DNA from: a virus
Strand: one strand, 5' to 3'
DNA length: 64,000 nucleotides
Virus record (IMG/VR): IMGVR_UViG_3300027969_000047
The notes below the pieces were generated by a model. It had not been told where the DNA came from, did no database searches, and saw nothing but the letters and a program-made list of their open reading frames with translations. Both the position numbers and the translations under genes were made by a program. Every line of letters begins with the position of its first letter. The first letter of the stretch is position 1. This document shows, in pieces, positions 49,218-58,443 of this stretch.

Positions 49218-49535
49218 TCATTCCTTTAATGGACAGTGTTCATCATAACACATACTATCACCAAGTTCACCTCTTGTCAAGCCACATCTGCCGCAGAGTT
49301 CATTAGGGCTTTTATATTCTTGATATTCCTCTGTTGGAGGATCAAAGTCAGGTATCTCACCATAGTATTCTTCATCAGACACAAAATCTAAAGTGCCTGA
49401 AAAATGAAAACCAGATCCACGCAAAAACATTTCAAATTGTTCTAAAATATCTGGAAGAGAATCCGCACTGAATTCAACAGTTGTTTCGGCACTGCGACCA
49501 GAGATGTTGTCAATTTGTTTAAAGATATATTTCAT
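49218..49535 (-). CDS. Hypothetical protein
   Basis: L..FE.FLRGSGF motif; GGAG RBS. Confidence 0.6.
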   Translation of the reverse strand: MKYIFKQIDNISGRSAETTVEFSADSLPDILEQFEMFLRGSGFHFSGTLDFVSDEEYYGEIPDFDPPTEEYQEYKSPNELCGRCGLTRGELGDSMCYDEHCPLKE

Positions 49536-49551
49536 ATAAATCTCCAAAAAT

Positions 49552-49580
49552 AAAAAAATAGGTCTACGGTTAGTAGACCT
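49552..49580 (-). terminator. Rho-independent terminator
   Basis: AGGTCTAC-loop-GTAGACCT plus long U-tract. Confidence 0.7.
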
Positions 49581-49599
49581 CTAGACCTTGTGAAAAAAA

Positions 49600-49986
49600 T
49601 TAAGAGGTCTGTTCTGCCGTAGCAGTTTCGGTAACTGTCTCAACAGTTTCGGTAGCGGTTTCTTGAGCACCAAGGTCTGCAAGTTTCTTCACAGATTTAG
49701 TTTTGGCTTTAGCAACAGTTGTGCTAATACCACGCTTGGTAAGATACTTTGTCACTTCATCGACATTCATAAGTTGGTATGCAACTACCTTGCGACCATC
49801 TTTGATTGCCTTGATGACACCGCCAGCCTTTACTTTAATATCCCAGATATAAGTGGAAAGGCGATACACTTCAAGTTCATTGCTCAAAGTTGCGGCAACT
49901 TCTTCTTTAGAAATTTGTTTACCGCTAATCATTGCAACGATTAGTTTCTCCCAGACTTTGGGATCAGTTTGTTTACCACGAGCCAT
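49600..49986 (-). CDS. Putative DNA-binding early protein
   Basis: Basic, winged-helix-like YRLSTYIWDIK...GRKVVAYQL; has its own early promoter. Confidence 0.5.
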   Translation of the reverse strand: MARGKQTDPKVWEKLIVAMISGKQISKEEVAATLSNELEVYRLSTYIWDIKVKAGGVIKAIKDGRKVVAYQLMNVDEVTKYLTKRGISTTVAKAKTKSVKKLADLGAQETATETVETVTETATAEQTS

Positions 49987-50017
49987 TTAGACACCTCACA
50001 TAGTTAATAATACACAC

Positions 50018-50046
50018 ATCATAACACAGCAAAACCATTTTGTCAA
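50018..50046 (-). promoter_or_regulatory. sigma70 early promoter
   Basis: TTGACA-N17-TATGAT with extended TGn. Confidence 0.75.
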
Positions 50047-50078
50047 CAGTCTCGCCACAATATTGCCCATTAGAGCAA

Positions 50079-50267
50079 TTACTTAAAGATACCATATTCG
50101 ATAGCATCTTCATCATACGATTGGCTGGCATACATCATCATGTTATGCTCTGCCATTGAAATTTCAAACTGTTCAAGTTCGAAAGCATTCCAGTAATTCT
50201 CAACTTGCTCAGCCTTCTGAGAATCAGCCACTTCGTTAAGACATTCATTCACTTCTTCGTAAGACAT
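50079..50267 (-). CDS. Acidic hypothetical early protein
   Basis: GGAG RBS; SYDEDA..YG motif. Confidence 0.55.
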   Translation of the reverse strand: MSYEEVNECLNEVADSQKAEQVENYWNAFELEQFEISMAEHNMMMYASQSYDEDAIEYGIFK

Positions 50268-50296
50268 AATAAACTCCAATCAATTGAACATGCTGT

Positions 50297-50325
50297 AGTA
50301 TAACACACTTTGGTGCCAATGTCAA
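50297..50325 (-). promoter_or_regulatory. sigma70 early promoter
   Basis: TTGACA-N17-TATACT. Confidence 0.8.
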
Positions 50326-50328
50326 GCA

Positions 50329-50673
50329 CTATCTTCGCATGTTTGCCTGGTCTTTTGCATCATCTTTACTAAAGATTGGCACAGCATTACTTTTATGCAG
50401 AGTGCCGATACCTAGCATGGCATCACCAGTGTACACAGGTTTTGGTTTTAGAGTACCACCATTGAATCCAGTGTTCAATGACGGATGACGAGACAAATCA
50501 CGCTCAGGTGGAATGTAAGTTTTTGGTGGAACATATGGTGTAAAAGATTTGGACTTTTTTGTCTTCACTTTACCATAATTCTTTTCAAGCGATGCCAACC
50601 ATTCTTGGTATTGTTCGGCTTGTTTTCTCGGTGTCTTTTTTTTCTTTGACCGAGTGTCAGCATAAATCATCAT
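50329..50673 (-). CDS. Conserved hypothetical T4-like phage protein
   Basis: YTG....GIGTLHKSNAVP...MRR. Confidence 0.65.
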   Translation of the reverse strand: MMIYADTRSKKKKTPRKQAEQYQEWLASLEKNYGKVKTKKSKSFTPYVPPKTYIPPERDLSRHPSLNTGFNGGTLKPKPVYTGDAMLGIGTLHKSNAVPIFSKDDAKDQANMRR

Positions 50674-50888
50674 TTTGCCGTAACCTCATATTTCTGATAA
50701 CCATCAAAATCTTCTTTTGTATTCAGAATTATATCAGCCTGAAAGCAAAAACGCAAGAAGTCTTTTTCAAAATCTTGGTCATCTGCCAAAATAGAAAGTT
50801 TTTCGCCCGAATTCATTTTATTGAGTTTCAGGCGAACCTTGAGAATAGGAATAGGACACTTCAGTCCACGACAATCAATTGAATGCAT
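50670..50888 (-). CDS. tusA: TusA/SirA-family sulfur carrier
   Basis: IDCRGLKCPIPILK...L..M.SGE.L.ILADD...DF..FC (CPxP motif). Confidence 0.8.
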   Translation of the reverse strand: MHSIDCRGLKCPIPILKVRLKLNKMNSGEKLSILADDQDFEKDFLRFCFQADIILNTKEDFDGYQKYEVTAK

Positions 50889-51033
50889 TAGGTTTTGTAG
50901 CAGACCAGTACATCAATGCAAGACCAACCATAGCCATAGCCAGTTCGCCAAGCAAATTAGAGTCTGCGGATGCATTATCGATACCACCAACAGCACCGAA
51001 AACAATCAAAAGACCAAGAAAAAATCGTATCAT
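50875..51033 (-). CDS. 52-aa two-TM membrane protein (not in ORF track)
   Basis: MIRFFLGLLIVFGAVGGIDNA...LAMAMVGLALMYW; GGAG RBS behind an early promoter. Confidence 0.7.
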   Translation of the reverse strand: MIRFFLGLLIVFGAVGGIDNASADSNLLGELAMAMVGLALMYWSATKPNAFN

Positions 51034-51066
51034 GGAAAACTCCTTCTTTATTCAGATTACAGATAC

Positions 51067-51129
51067 ATTATGACACATCTGGAACCGTTTGTCAAGTGCT
51101 TTTCCTAAAAAAAGTTGTTTAAAAACAAC
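51067..51129 (-). promoter_or_regulatory. sigma70 early promoter with GTTG-N8-CAAC box
   Basis: TTGACA-N17-CATAAT; palindrome at 51114-51129. Confidence 0.7.
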
Positions 51130-51223
51130 AACATACAACAGTGGAAATGCGGTTTTGGGCCGTTTTTCCGCTTGGCTAGGGTCAGAGTCTCAGTGAACGG
51201 CTAAAAGCCGCCTAAAAGCGGTT

Positions 51224-51409
51224 CTAGCCGTGCAGTACTTGAGGTTTTGAAGATGAATTTGCCGAAGTGTCTTCACGCATATCTTCTTCAAATTCTTGCA
51301 ACCTTAATTGTTGCAACCTATGTTTGAGTTCAGAATTATTTCTTTGCTGAGTCTCTAACAATTCTTCAAGTTCTCTAATTTCTTGTTTGATTTTAGAAAG
51401 AAAGGTCAT
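51224..51409 (-). CDS. Small coiled-coil protein
   Basis: MTFLSKIKQEI...L..L.LQEFEED. Confidence 0.55.
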   Translation of the reverse strand: MTFLSKIKQEIRELEELLETQQRNNSELKHRLQQLRLQEFEEDMREDTSANSSSKPQVLHG

Positions 51410-51554
51410 AAGTTTTTTCCTGTTTATAAAGTCTATATGTGGCTTTATCTTGTTGCTTTTTATGATTTGTGTTAGGCTTGAATTGTTGACTGTCAGAATC
51501 ATTTTTTCGATTCTTGTTCTTTGGTTTCCTAACAACCTGCTGATTCGAAATCAT
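51393..51554 (-). CDS. 53-aa basic hypothetical protein (not in ORF track)
   Basis: MISNQQVVRKPKNKNRK...; GGAGG RBS. Confidence 0.5.
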   Translation of the reverse strand: MISNQQVVRKPKNKNRKNDSDSQQFKPNTNHKKQQDKATYRLYKQEKTYDLSF

Positions 51555-51571
51555 TGAAGTTTTGCGCCTCC

Positions 51572-52147
51572 TTAAAGAATGCTATCCGCCACTCCAAGAC
51601 TGATTAGTTGTTCGGCTTTGAGCCACGAGTCAGTCGGCGGTAACAATTTATTCTTGACTGTTTTTACATCAAGACCAGTTGCATCACATAGAATGTTGAC
51701 CATGCGTTGATTACATAGGTCGGCTTCTTTCATGTGAGCCTTTATGTCATGGTACTTTCCTTCTGCCTCTTCGGAAAATTGATGACACATAATTCCTGTA
51801 TTTTTTGAGATGATTCTTTCACCACGAGTTCCTGCTGAAAAGATGAGGAATGCCGCAGAGAAAATTGAACCAATGCCGATTGTTCTAATTGGGTACTTCG
51901 ATTGTTTCATAACATCAATCAAAGCAAATGCTTGATACAAGTCGCCACCGCCTGAATTAACATACAGTGTCAAAATCTTGCCTTCTTCTTCTTTGAAGTT
52001 CTCATAGGTAATCCATTCGATAGCTTCACGAATGTTAAATTCATCAATCTCACCGCTGAGAAAAAAGATGTGATTTTCAAGTAGACTGTGCCCAATAAGT
52101 TCACTTGGGCTGATAACTTCGTTATCTTTCTTTTTAGTTGTCGCCAT
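51572..52147 (-). CDS. clpP: ClpP-like protease subunit
   Basis: LYVNSGGG; G...SAA (Ser), MCHQ (His), D.WL.AEQ...LG.AD. Confidence 0.85.
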   Translation of the reverse strand: MATTKKKDNEVISPSELIGHSLLENHIFFLSGEIDEFNIREAIEWITYENFKEEEGKILTLYVNSGGGDLYQAFALIDVMKQSKYPIRTIGIGSIFSAAFLIFSAGTRGERIISKNTGIMCHQFSEEAEGKYHDIKAHMKEADLCNQRMVNILCDATGLDVKTVKNKLLPPTDSWLKAEQLISLGVADSIL

Positions 52148-53087
52148 GTTTAAGGTGCCAATCATATGCAGTTGAAATAATGTTTTCTAAATTAAATTTT
52201 GGAGTAAAGTTGAGAAGTTCCTGCGCCTTGCTTATGTTGGATACAAGCATGGCAGGGTCGCCCGCACGGCGTGGACCGTAGGTGATGTTAACTTTCTGAC
52301 CTGTCACTTTTTCAATAGTATCAACAATTTGTTTGTTCGAACATCCTGTGCCCGAACCAATGTTAAAAATATCACTCTTCTGGTTTTTCAAAAGATACTC
52401 AGCACTTGCCACATGTGCATCGGCAACATCTGAAACATGAATAAAGTCTCTGATGCAAGTTCCGTCCGGAGTTTCATAGTCATCACCATAGAGTGTGAAG
52501 TTATTTAGATTCTGAAAAATTCTAGGAATCAAGTGTGTTTCTGGTTCGTGATTCTCACCCATCTCGCCATCAGGGTCTGCACCACCGACATTAAAATATC
52601 TCAAGCAAATTGAATTGATATTCTCTTTCTGCATGTCAGTAAATATTTGCTCACATATTAATTTGTTGCGACCATAAACACTTGTTGGATGACAGTCATC
52701 AGTTTCGAGAAACTTTTGATTACCGCTACCATAAACACCAGCACTTGATGAAAACACAATATTTTTTACATGATGAATTGCCATCTCATTCAGCAGATTG
52801 ATTGTACCACCAACATTTACTTGATAGTACTCGCTTGGACAGTTCTCACTTGTGCCAACTTCAATCAAACCCGCTAAATGAAATACAACATCAATTTTAA
52901 CTTTACCAAAAAGAAAACTCAATTCAGGCGCACCAATATCACACGGATAAAACATATCAGTATATTCATGTGTTTGTGATTTTGATTTTGAATCAACAAC
53001 GATAGTTCGCCAACCAGCCTTTTTCAATGCTTTGGTTACATGCGAACCGATATAACCGTAGCCGCCAGTAATCAGTGCAGTCTTCAT
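52134..53087 (-). CDS. galE: UDP-glucose 4-epimerase
   Basis: TGGYGYIGSH; FSSSA.VYG; YGRNK; LRYFN; GE.HEPETHLIP; DGTCIRDFIHV. Confidence 0.9.
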   Translation of the reverse strand: MKTALITGGYGYIGSHVTKALKKAGWRTIVVDSKSKSQTHEYTDMFYPCDIGAPELSFLFGKVKIDVVFHLAGLIEVGTSENCPSEYYQVNVGGTINLLNEMAIHHVKNIVFSSSAGVYGSGNQKFLETDDCHPTSVYGRNKLICEQIFTDMQKENINSICLRYFNVGGADPDGEMGENHEPETHLIPRIFQNLNNFTLYGDDYETPDGTCIRDFIHVSDVADAHVASAEYLLKNQKSDIFNIGSGTGCSNKQIVDTIEKVTGQKVNITYGPRRAGDPAMLVSNISKAQELLNFTPKFNLENIISTAYDWHLKHGDN

Positions 53088-53794
53088 TTCTGATGCCATG
53101 GATAGTTCCCTTGATATTTTTCTTTTGTGTATTTGTTACCGTCTTCAAAGAAATCTTTAGTAACAGAATTTGCATTACCATCTAGTCGATAGCACAGGCT
53201 ATGCTCTCCTGTGCATTCAAAGTTAGGAAAGAATTTTTTCAGATTGCTGAAGAATTGTCTATCAGCACCCCATTGGCCATACCATGCATGACCTATGTTG
53301 ACAGCAACATCACGCCTAATGGCAAAAGATGATGTGTCGATGTGATAAGCATCATTGTTGAAAAAGATGGGCCATTTACCCAACGATTCACAATTGTCAT
53401 CACATATGTAATTACCATGTTTATCATAAATCTTCCTTAACGAATATGCCCATTGGGCGCCAGTCTCAATTGCTTTTACAAGTTTCTCAACATGGTTTGG
53501 TTCATACCAATTATCTTCATCAAGATAACAGATGATATCCGCATTCACTAAAAAAGAACATGCGGCATACACACGATGACCGTACCATCCTTTGCCGACA
53601 TTCTCTTCAAGTTCAACCATTCTTGTCTTAGATGAACCCACAAGAATTTTTCTTGCCTTTGGTTCATACTGACAACCATCGATGAAGATGTAGTGAGTCA
53701 GGTCTTTATATGTTTGATTGTCTACCGATGAGACACACTGTTCCAATAAGTCAGATGCTATTGTGGGTGTTACTACGGCTACTTTCATTTTCAT
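53084..53794 (-). CDS. Glycosyltransferase family 2
   Basis: VVTPT...SV..QTY; YLDEDNW (DxD); GADR.F. Confidence 0.85.
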   Translation of the reverse strand: MKMKVAVVTPTIASDLLEQCVSSVDNQTYKDLTHYIFIDGCQYEPKARKILVGSSKTRMVELEENVGKGWYGHRVYAACSFLVNADIICYLDEDNWYEPNHVEKLVKAIETGAQWAYSLRKIYDKHGNYICDDNCESLGKWPIFFNNDAYHIDTSSFAIRRDVAVNIGHAWYGQWGADRQFFSNLKKFFPNFECTGEHSLCYRLDGNANSVTKDFFEDGNKYTKEKYQGNYPWHQK

Positions 53795-53951
53795 CCTTAA
53801 AGGTCAATTTGGCACTACCAATAGTACCAGGCATTTCTAATTTCAATTCATCTTTAAATTCACGACAAAAAATTGCATCCCATCTATTGTCGTACTCATG
53901 TTGTGCAACACTAAATGGTCTTGGTCTGCTTCCTTTACCACCATCACTCAC
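53751..53951 (-). CDS. Conserved small phage protein
   Basis: GGKGSRPRP...NRWD.IF. Confidence 0.55.
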   Translation of the reverse strand: MSDGGKGSRPRPFSVAQHEYDNRWDAIFCREFKDELKLEMPGTIGSAKLTFKDENESSRSNTHNSI

Positions 53952-54724
53952 GATTCTTTCCTTTCAATATCTTCTTCAACACATTTACTACCATATTGAA
54001 TTTCAATCAGTTTGAGTGGTTGATTAGTTTCGTTGCACAACTGATGCCATTCGTTCACAGCAATTAATGTATTTTCATGCACAGTCAACTGACACTTGAC
54101 TTCTTCATCTGTACTGGCCTCATCCAAGGTGTATACTGTAGCGTTGCCTTGAGCCACAAACCAAAACTCTGCACGACTATCGTGGCGTTGCATACTCAAG
54201 CATGTTTTGGGCATCACAGTGAGTTCTTTCAGTTTGGTATTGACACCGACTTCATGCAAAACACGATAGAAACCCCACGACCTTGCGACCTTGGGTGCTT
54301 TCCATTCTTCGAGAATCCATGAAGATGAATTCTTCTTATCAGAGCCACCTATACCAAATACAAATTGAATACCAGGAACATCCATTTCACGAATGTTGCC
54401 TTCTGTTCGGTCACCACCATTTGCAAAGATAATTGTATCTTCGATTGATGGATGAGCCATTGCTACTTGCTCAAGCAAATCACAGGCTGAATCATCCGAA
54501 TCATCAAATTCCCAAACTTCATCAACCCATTTGATTGCCTCAAGCACTTTTCGGCGCTCATGCACACACATGAAAGACCTGCCTTTTTTGCGAGTCAACC
54601 AATCATCAGAATTTAATCCAACGATTAGTTTATCACCCAATGCAGATGCCTTTTTTATTAGTTCAATGTGACCGGAATGTATAGGGTCAAATCCGCCAGA
54701 AATGACAACAACGGTTTTCTTCAT
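53948..54724 (-). CDS. Cytidylyltransferase-like domain fused to a mannose-6-phosphate isomerase-type cupin
   Basis: SGGFDPIHSGH; NSD.WL.RKKG; FANGGDR; R.WG.Y.VL; LSMQRH..R.EFW; IEIQYG..C.EEDIER. Confidence 0.85.
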   Translation of the reverse strand: MKKTVVVISGGFDPIHSGHIELIKKASALGDKLIVGLNSDDWLTRKKGRSFMCVHERRKVLEAIKWVDEVWEFDDSDDSACDLLEQVAMAHPSIEDTIIFANGGDRTEGNIREMDVPGIQFVFGIGGSDKKNSSSWILEEWKAPKVARSWGFYRVLHEVGVNTKLKELTVMPKTCLSMQRHDSRAEFWFVAQGNATVYTLDEASTDEEVKCQLTVHENTLIAVNEWHQLCNETNQPLKLIEIQYGSKCVEEDIERKES

Positions 54725-54726
54725 AA

Positions 54727-55179
54727 TTACTCGACAGTCAATGGGATATCTGGAAAAGACTCTTTGATAATTTTTGGTGTGAGAAATTTCACATTCAAAT
54801 TTTTCTTGAACATACCAACTAGCAACAGGGCTTCTTTTGCATGAACCGATTGTAACATAGTTACTGCAATTTGTGCTTGTTTCTTTGGTTCAAGTTTGCC
54901 TTTGTACTTTGGGTGATTTGGCACAAACACATAGAGTCTTTTCATCTCATTGTCGATTGTGGAAAATGTCAAACCTTCAGGCTCAGGCGCTGGTCTGTAT
55001 TGTGGTACAGTCTCAACATCAAATTTAATGTCGGGATTGAATGCGTAATTTAAGAATTCACGAAATCTTTCATCACCATGCTTACGCAACACGGTAATTC
55101 TTTCTTCACGAGTTTTTGCATTATCAAACTCTTCGAAAATTTCATGGTATAGTCGTTTAAAACTCATCGATAACCTCAA
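54727..55179 (-). CDS. Conserved T4-like hypothetical protein next to RNase H
   Basis: HEIF...L...F.P...ML..VH..EA.LL. Confidence 0.6.
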   Translation of the reverse strand: MRLSMSFKRLYHEIFEEFDNAKTREERITVLRKHGDERFREFLNYAFNPDIKFDVETVPQYRPAPEPEGLTFSTIDNEMKRLYVFVPNHPKYKGKLEPKKQAQIAVTMLQSVHAKEALLLVGMFKKNLNVKFLTPKIIKESFPDIPLTVE

Positions 55180-56008
55180 TCAAATTTTTAAGACGATTGG
55201 CAATCATGTAATTCATAAATTGCTGTCTAGTCTTGGGTTTAGTGTCCTCATACTTAGTCACAATAGTTTCCAGCATTTCTTTTGGAATCTTAGTCAGGTC
55301 AATAAGCATTTCGTTACGGCGATAGTTGCGTAACATTTCATCATTGCAAAATTCTTCAGGTGGTGTATTCAACCAATTGATAATTTTTGCTTCCGTGATA
55401 GGTCGTTGGCGACCACCTTCAACAAACACACCATCAGGCGATAAGATATTGGGTATGCCATCACCTTTGTCACCACGAATGATTAGTTGTTTTAATTGTA
55501 CAGCAGGAAAAGGTTCTTTGATATACTTCTTCAGAATCGGTGAGTACTGTTCAACATTAGGAAACTTTTGCAATTGTGCAAAATCTTTATCTGAAGAAAG
55601 AATCATCACTTTTTCTGTAGCCGCATATTTCATTACCAATGCGCCGATAACATCATCAGCCTCTGCACCTTGTACATCAATCACCTTGTAAGGCGAATTT
55701 TCATCGAGTTCATCTTTGACTTTTTTCAGGCACTCGAAAATAGTGTTCCAATCAAATCCAGAATTTTCACGAGCCTTCTTGCGATTGGATTTGTAGTTAA
55801 CAAAAACATCACGGCGCCAGTAATGGCGGTTGTCACAAGCAATGACTACTTCAGGACCATGGGTGGCCTTGAATCGTTTAATGTATGTTCTCATTGTATT
55901 GAGAATCATATGCCTCACTAAACTTTCATCAATTGTTGCTTTGGGCGATGAGCCAATCTGTTCCATTAGATTGGATATCGCTACTTGGTTATAGTCAAAA
56001 ATAATCAT
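55157..56008 (-). CDS. rnh: T4 RNase H (5'-3' exonuclease, FEN family)
   Basis: YWRR..F..YK..R; EADD.I; SSDKDF.QL; GD.GDGIPN. Confidence 0.9.
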   Translation of the reverse strand: MIIFDYNQVAISNLMEQIGSSPKATIDESLVRHMILNTMRTYIKRFKATHGPEVVIACDNRHYWRRDVFVNYKSNRKKARENSGFDWNTIFECLKKVKDELDENSPYKVIDVQGAEADDVIGALVMKYAATEKVMILSSDKDFAQLQKFPNVEQYSPILKKYIKEPFPAVQLKQLIIRGDKGDGIPNILSPDGVFVEGGRQRPITEAKIINWLNTPPEEFCNDEMLRNYRRNEMLIDLTKIPKEMLETIVTKYEDTKPKTRQQFMNYMIANRLKNLIEVIDEF

Positions 56009-56057
56009 AATGAAACCTATTATACTCTCTTTAAGATTTTAGTGGGGCAAACATGCA

Positions 56058-56273
56058 TCAGTCATTTTTATTGAATTTGATGCTTTCACCACGCAGGAAT
56101 ACACCAATCAGAATAATAGCACACCATGTGTCAAAAGTATATGGAATAGCCAGAGCAGGAAAAAGTATATTCAAAGACCACAGAACAAAAAGTGGTGATA
56201 TGAAAATGAATACGATAGCCGCTAGTGCAATCAATGCCATAACAGCAGGCGATTTAACTTTAATATTAAACAT
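56058..56273 (-). CDS. Small membrane protein
   Basis: P...LWSLN.LFP.LAIPYT..TW hydrophobic motif. Confidence 0.6.
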   Translation of the reverse strand: MFNIKVKSPAVMALIALAAIVFIFISPLFVLWSLNILFPALAIPYTFDTWCAIILIGVFLRGESIKFNKND

Positions 56274-56279
56274 AGAACC

Positions 56280-57368
56280 TCACTTAATAATTTTCAAAAG
56301 GATTGTATCATCATTTAGTCGACCTGTCAAGGGCGATTCAACTGCACGAATGTTTGCAATAACATTACGGAGAAAAACTTTGCCACCTTTGATAACTTCA
56401 GGCAGAGTCACTTCTGGTTTACGCAATTTCTTCTGTACCGATTTAGTATCAACAAAATTCTGTATCGTGGTACCTTTCAGCGAAAGACCTGAAATGTCTT
56501 CAGCGATGTAGCAACCAAGTTTACGAGTCTTGATATTGTAAACCCACAGAGTCGATGCACCAATCACCGATTTAGGGTCGATTGATTTCAGTCCGAGTTC
56601 AGTATCCTCAACACAATACTTCATCTTACCAATCAGTTCATCGGCAGTCTTAACCTTGCGCTTGCGAGGCTTGCGATTCTGTTTGGCTTCGCCTTGCAAA
56701 GTCAATGCATCATCGATAATTTTAGAAAGAAACGATTCGAACCTTTTCAGTTCGGTTTTCTTCATATGCGAATAGCCTTCGACCAATTGGTCATCGGTAC
56801 CAGCAATTGCATCAGAAATTTCACTTCGCACTTTTTTGTAGTGTTCAACGATTGCCTTAACATGCACACCTTTTGTAGACAATTCAGTCATCATGCCTTT
56901 TGGTGTTTTTGTTTCACGATAAGCATTCAATGTGAAGTCATCGACCAAACCATCTAGTTCAGCAATGATACGAGAAGTCGATTCTTTAATCCTGTCTTGA
57001 ATAGAAGGACTTGTAGTTACCACGGTTGTAACATCTTCAATAACTTCTTCAACTTGTCCATCACCTTTTTTAATGGTAGTCAATGTCTTATCGAAATAGT
57101 TTTGATTTTCAACGGGCAGAGTCGCACCATTGTAGAGAAGTCGGCACACCCAACCAAATGTGGTTGTTTGTTTCTTAATCATACCTTCAGGTATTTTCAG
57201 TTTCAGTTTTTTGTTAAGATAGTCACCAATGTATTTGTGAGCATCTTTGTAGTCCTTGTTTGCGGAATACCAATTCAACGATTCAATCAATTGAATGCGA
57301 GTCATCTCTTCGGTAAACTTAGGTTCACCACCAGCAAACACTGCATTAGCATCAAGCACTCTAGCCAT
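56280..57368 (-). CDS. Conserved T4-like hypothetical protein
   Basis: SIQDR; QLVEGYS; SIDP..VIGA..LWVYN.KTRKL; KKLRKPE; GRLN...ILL. Confidence 0.7.
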   Translation of the reverse strand: MARVLDANAVFAGGEPKFTEEMTRIQLIESLNWYSANKDYKDAHKYIGDYLNKKLKLKIPEGMIKKQTTTFGWVCRLLYNGATLPVENQNYFDKTLTTIKKGDGQVEEVIEDVTTVVTTSPSIQDRIKESTSRIIAELDGLVDDFTLNAYRETKTPKGMMTELSTKGVHVKAIVEHYKKVRSEISDAIAGTDDQLVEGYSHMKKTELKRFESFLSKIIDDALTLQGEAKQNRKPRKRKVKTADELIGKMKYCVEDTELGLKSIDPKSVIGASTLWVYNIKTRKLGCYIAEDISGLSLKGTTIQNFVDTKSVQKKLRKPEVTLPEVIKGGKVFLRNVIANIRAVESPLTGRLNDDTILLKIIK

Positions 57369-57642
57369 TTATCACCTCTTCATAAGTTTGGTCAAACACT
57401 TCACGGATTGTGTAGATGCCGTCATCAAGATATTGATATTGTACACTCAACATTCTAGCGGCCGTTTGGGCTTCAAGATAGTTAACGAAACAAAAACACT
57501 CACCGAACACACGATTAACAATCTCACCATTTAGTTTATGTCTCATGCTGTTTGCATCATAAGAACCGAGCATATTTTCATACTCGGTTGAATAAGCTAC
57601 ACGGTACCCGTCTGTAGTTTGTAAAATATAGACACCGTTCAT
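57361..57642 (-). CDS. Hypothetical protein
   Basis: GVYILQT.DGYRVAY motif; in operon. Confidence 0.55.
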   Translation of the reverse strand: MNGVYILQTTDGYRVAYSTEYENMLGSYDANSMRHKLNGEIVNRVFGECFCFVNYLEAQTAARMLSVQYQYLDDGIYTIREVFDQTYEEVING

Positions 57643-57652
57643 ATCATCACCA

Positions 57653-57892
57653 TTACCTCTCCAGAATTACATAATCACCAAAATACTTGTCGAATGTTTG
57701 CAGAAGATGTTCATAGTCACCTTCTTTCATTTCGGATGTAATTTTTTCACTGGGAAGGTTCAATTGATTTGCGAGCCGATGAGCATAAGCCAGCAAGGAC
57801 CATGCATTACCATCAGGTCCAGTCAAATCGATAACAATTTCACGAGCAAGAGTTTTATCACGAAACATAATAATCCTAAAACAACAATCCAT
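57653..57892 (-). CDS. Conserved small phage protein (start uncertain)
   Basis: IDLTGPDGNA..L...M..GDYE.L...FD..FG..V.L. Confidence 0.6.
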   Translation of the reverse strand: MDCCFRIIMFRDKTLAREIVIDLTGPDGNAWSLLAYAHRLANQLNLPSEKITSEMKEGDYEHLLQTFDKYFGDYVILER

Positions 57893-57958
57893 TCAATCAA
57901 AGTAAATTGGCAATACGCTTTGTAGTACCAACCATAACGAGTCAGTCGGTTGTGTAAA

Positions 57959-58147
57959 TCACTCAGGATTTTCAACAGACTTCCTATTGTCTTCCATTTC
58001 AAATTTAGTCGCCAGTATTGAGTACATGGCATAGACTAATGCGCCTACAACAAGCCAACCTAGCCACTGCGAATTAATCATGGAAAATAAAACACCAGCA
58101 CCCATAATACCTGCTGTGGCAAGAGCCGCTTTAACTTTGGAATTCAT
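57959..58147 (-). CDS. Small membrane protein
   Basis: MNSKVKAALAT..., two hydrophobic segments, downstream of a perfect promoter. Confidence 0.55.
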   Translation of the reverse strand: MNSKVKAALATAGIMGAGVLFSMINSQWLGWLVVGALVYAMYSILATKFEMEDNRKSVENPE

Positions 58148-58168
58148 AGAATAACCTTTCAAAAATAC

Positions 58169-58197
58169 ATTATACAACAAACCGTTCACTTTGTCAA
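58169..58197 (-). promoter_or_regulatory. Perfect-consensus sigma70 promoter
   Basis: TTGACA-N17-TATAAT. Confidence 0.85.
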
Positions 58198-58443
58198 GAT
58201 GTTTTTCAGTGCCGCTTTGGCATCATTAACATGCTCAACATCATCCATCAAACCAAGTTCATATACCATCATTTCATTACGAGCGGTACGAATCAGTTCA
58301 AGGGCATATATGATATCGTCTTTATCTGAGTAGTGAAACCATTCATCGATAGTTTCTTGGTCAGACTGGAGCAAAAATTTCAGATTGTCTTTATCCCAAT
58401 CATTCATTTTTGTAATTTTTTCAATCATTTCCCAATCATGCAT
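58186..58443 (-). CDS. Hypothetical protein
   Basis: D.DNL.FLL...W....DD..YALEL. Confidence 0.55.
   Translation of the reverse strand: MHDWEMIEKITKMNDWDKDNLKFLLQSDQETIDEWFHYSDKDDIIYALELIRTARNEMMVYELGLMDDVEHVNDAKAALKNILTK

Noticed and set aside
56019-56050. sigma70 promoter upstream of RNase H
   Set aside because: TATAAT is present but there is no -35 at 16-18 nt spacing; too weak to call.
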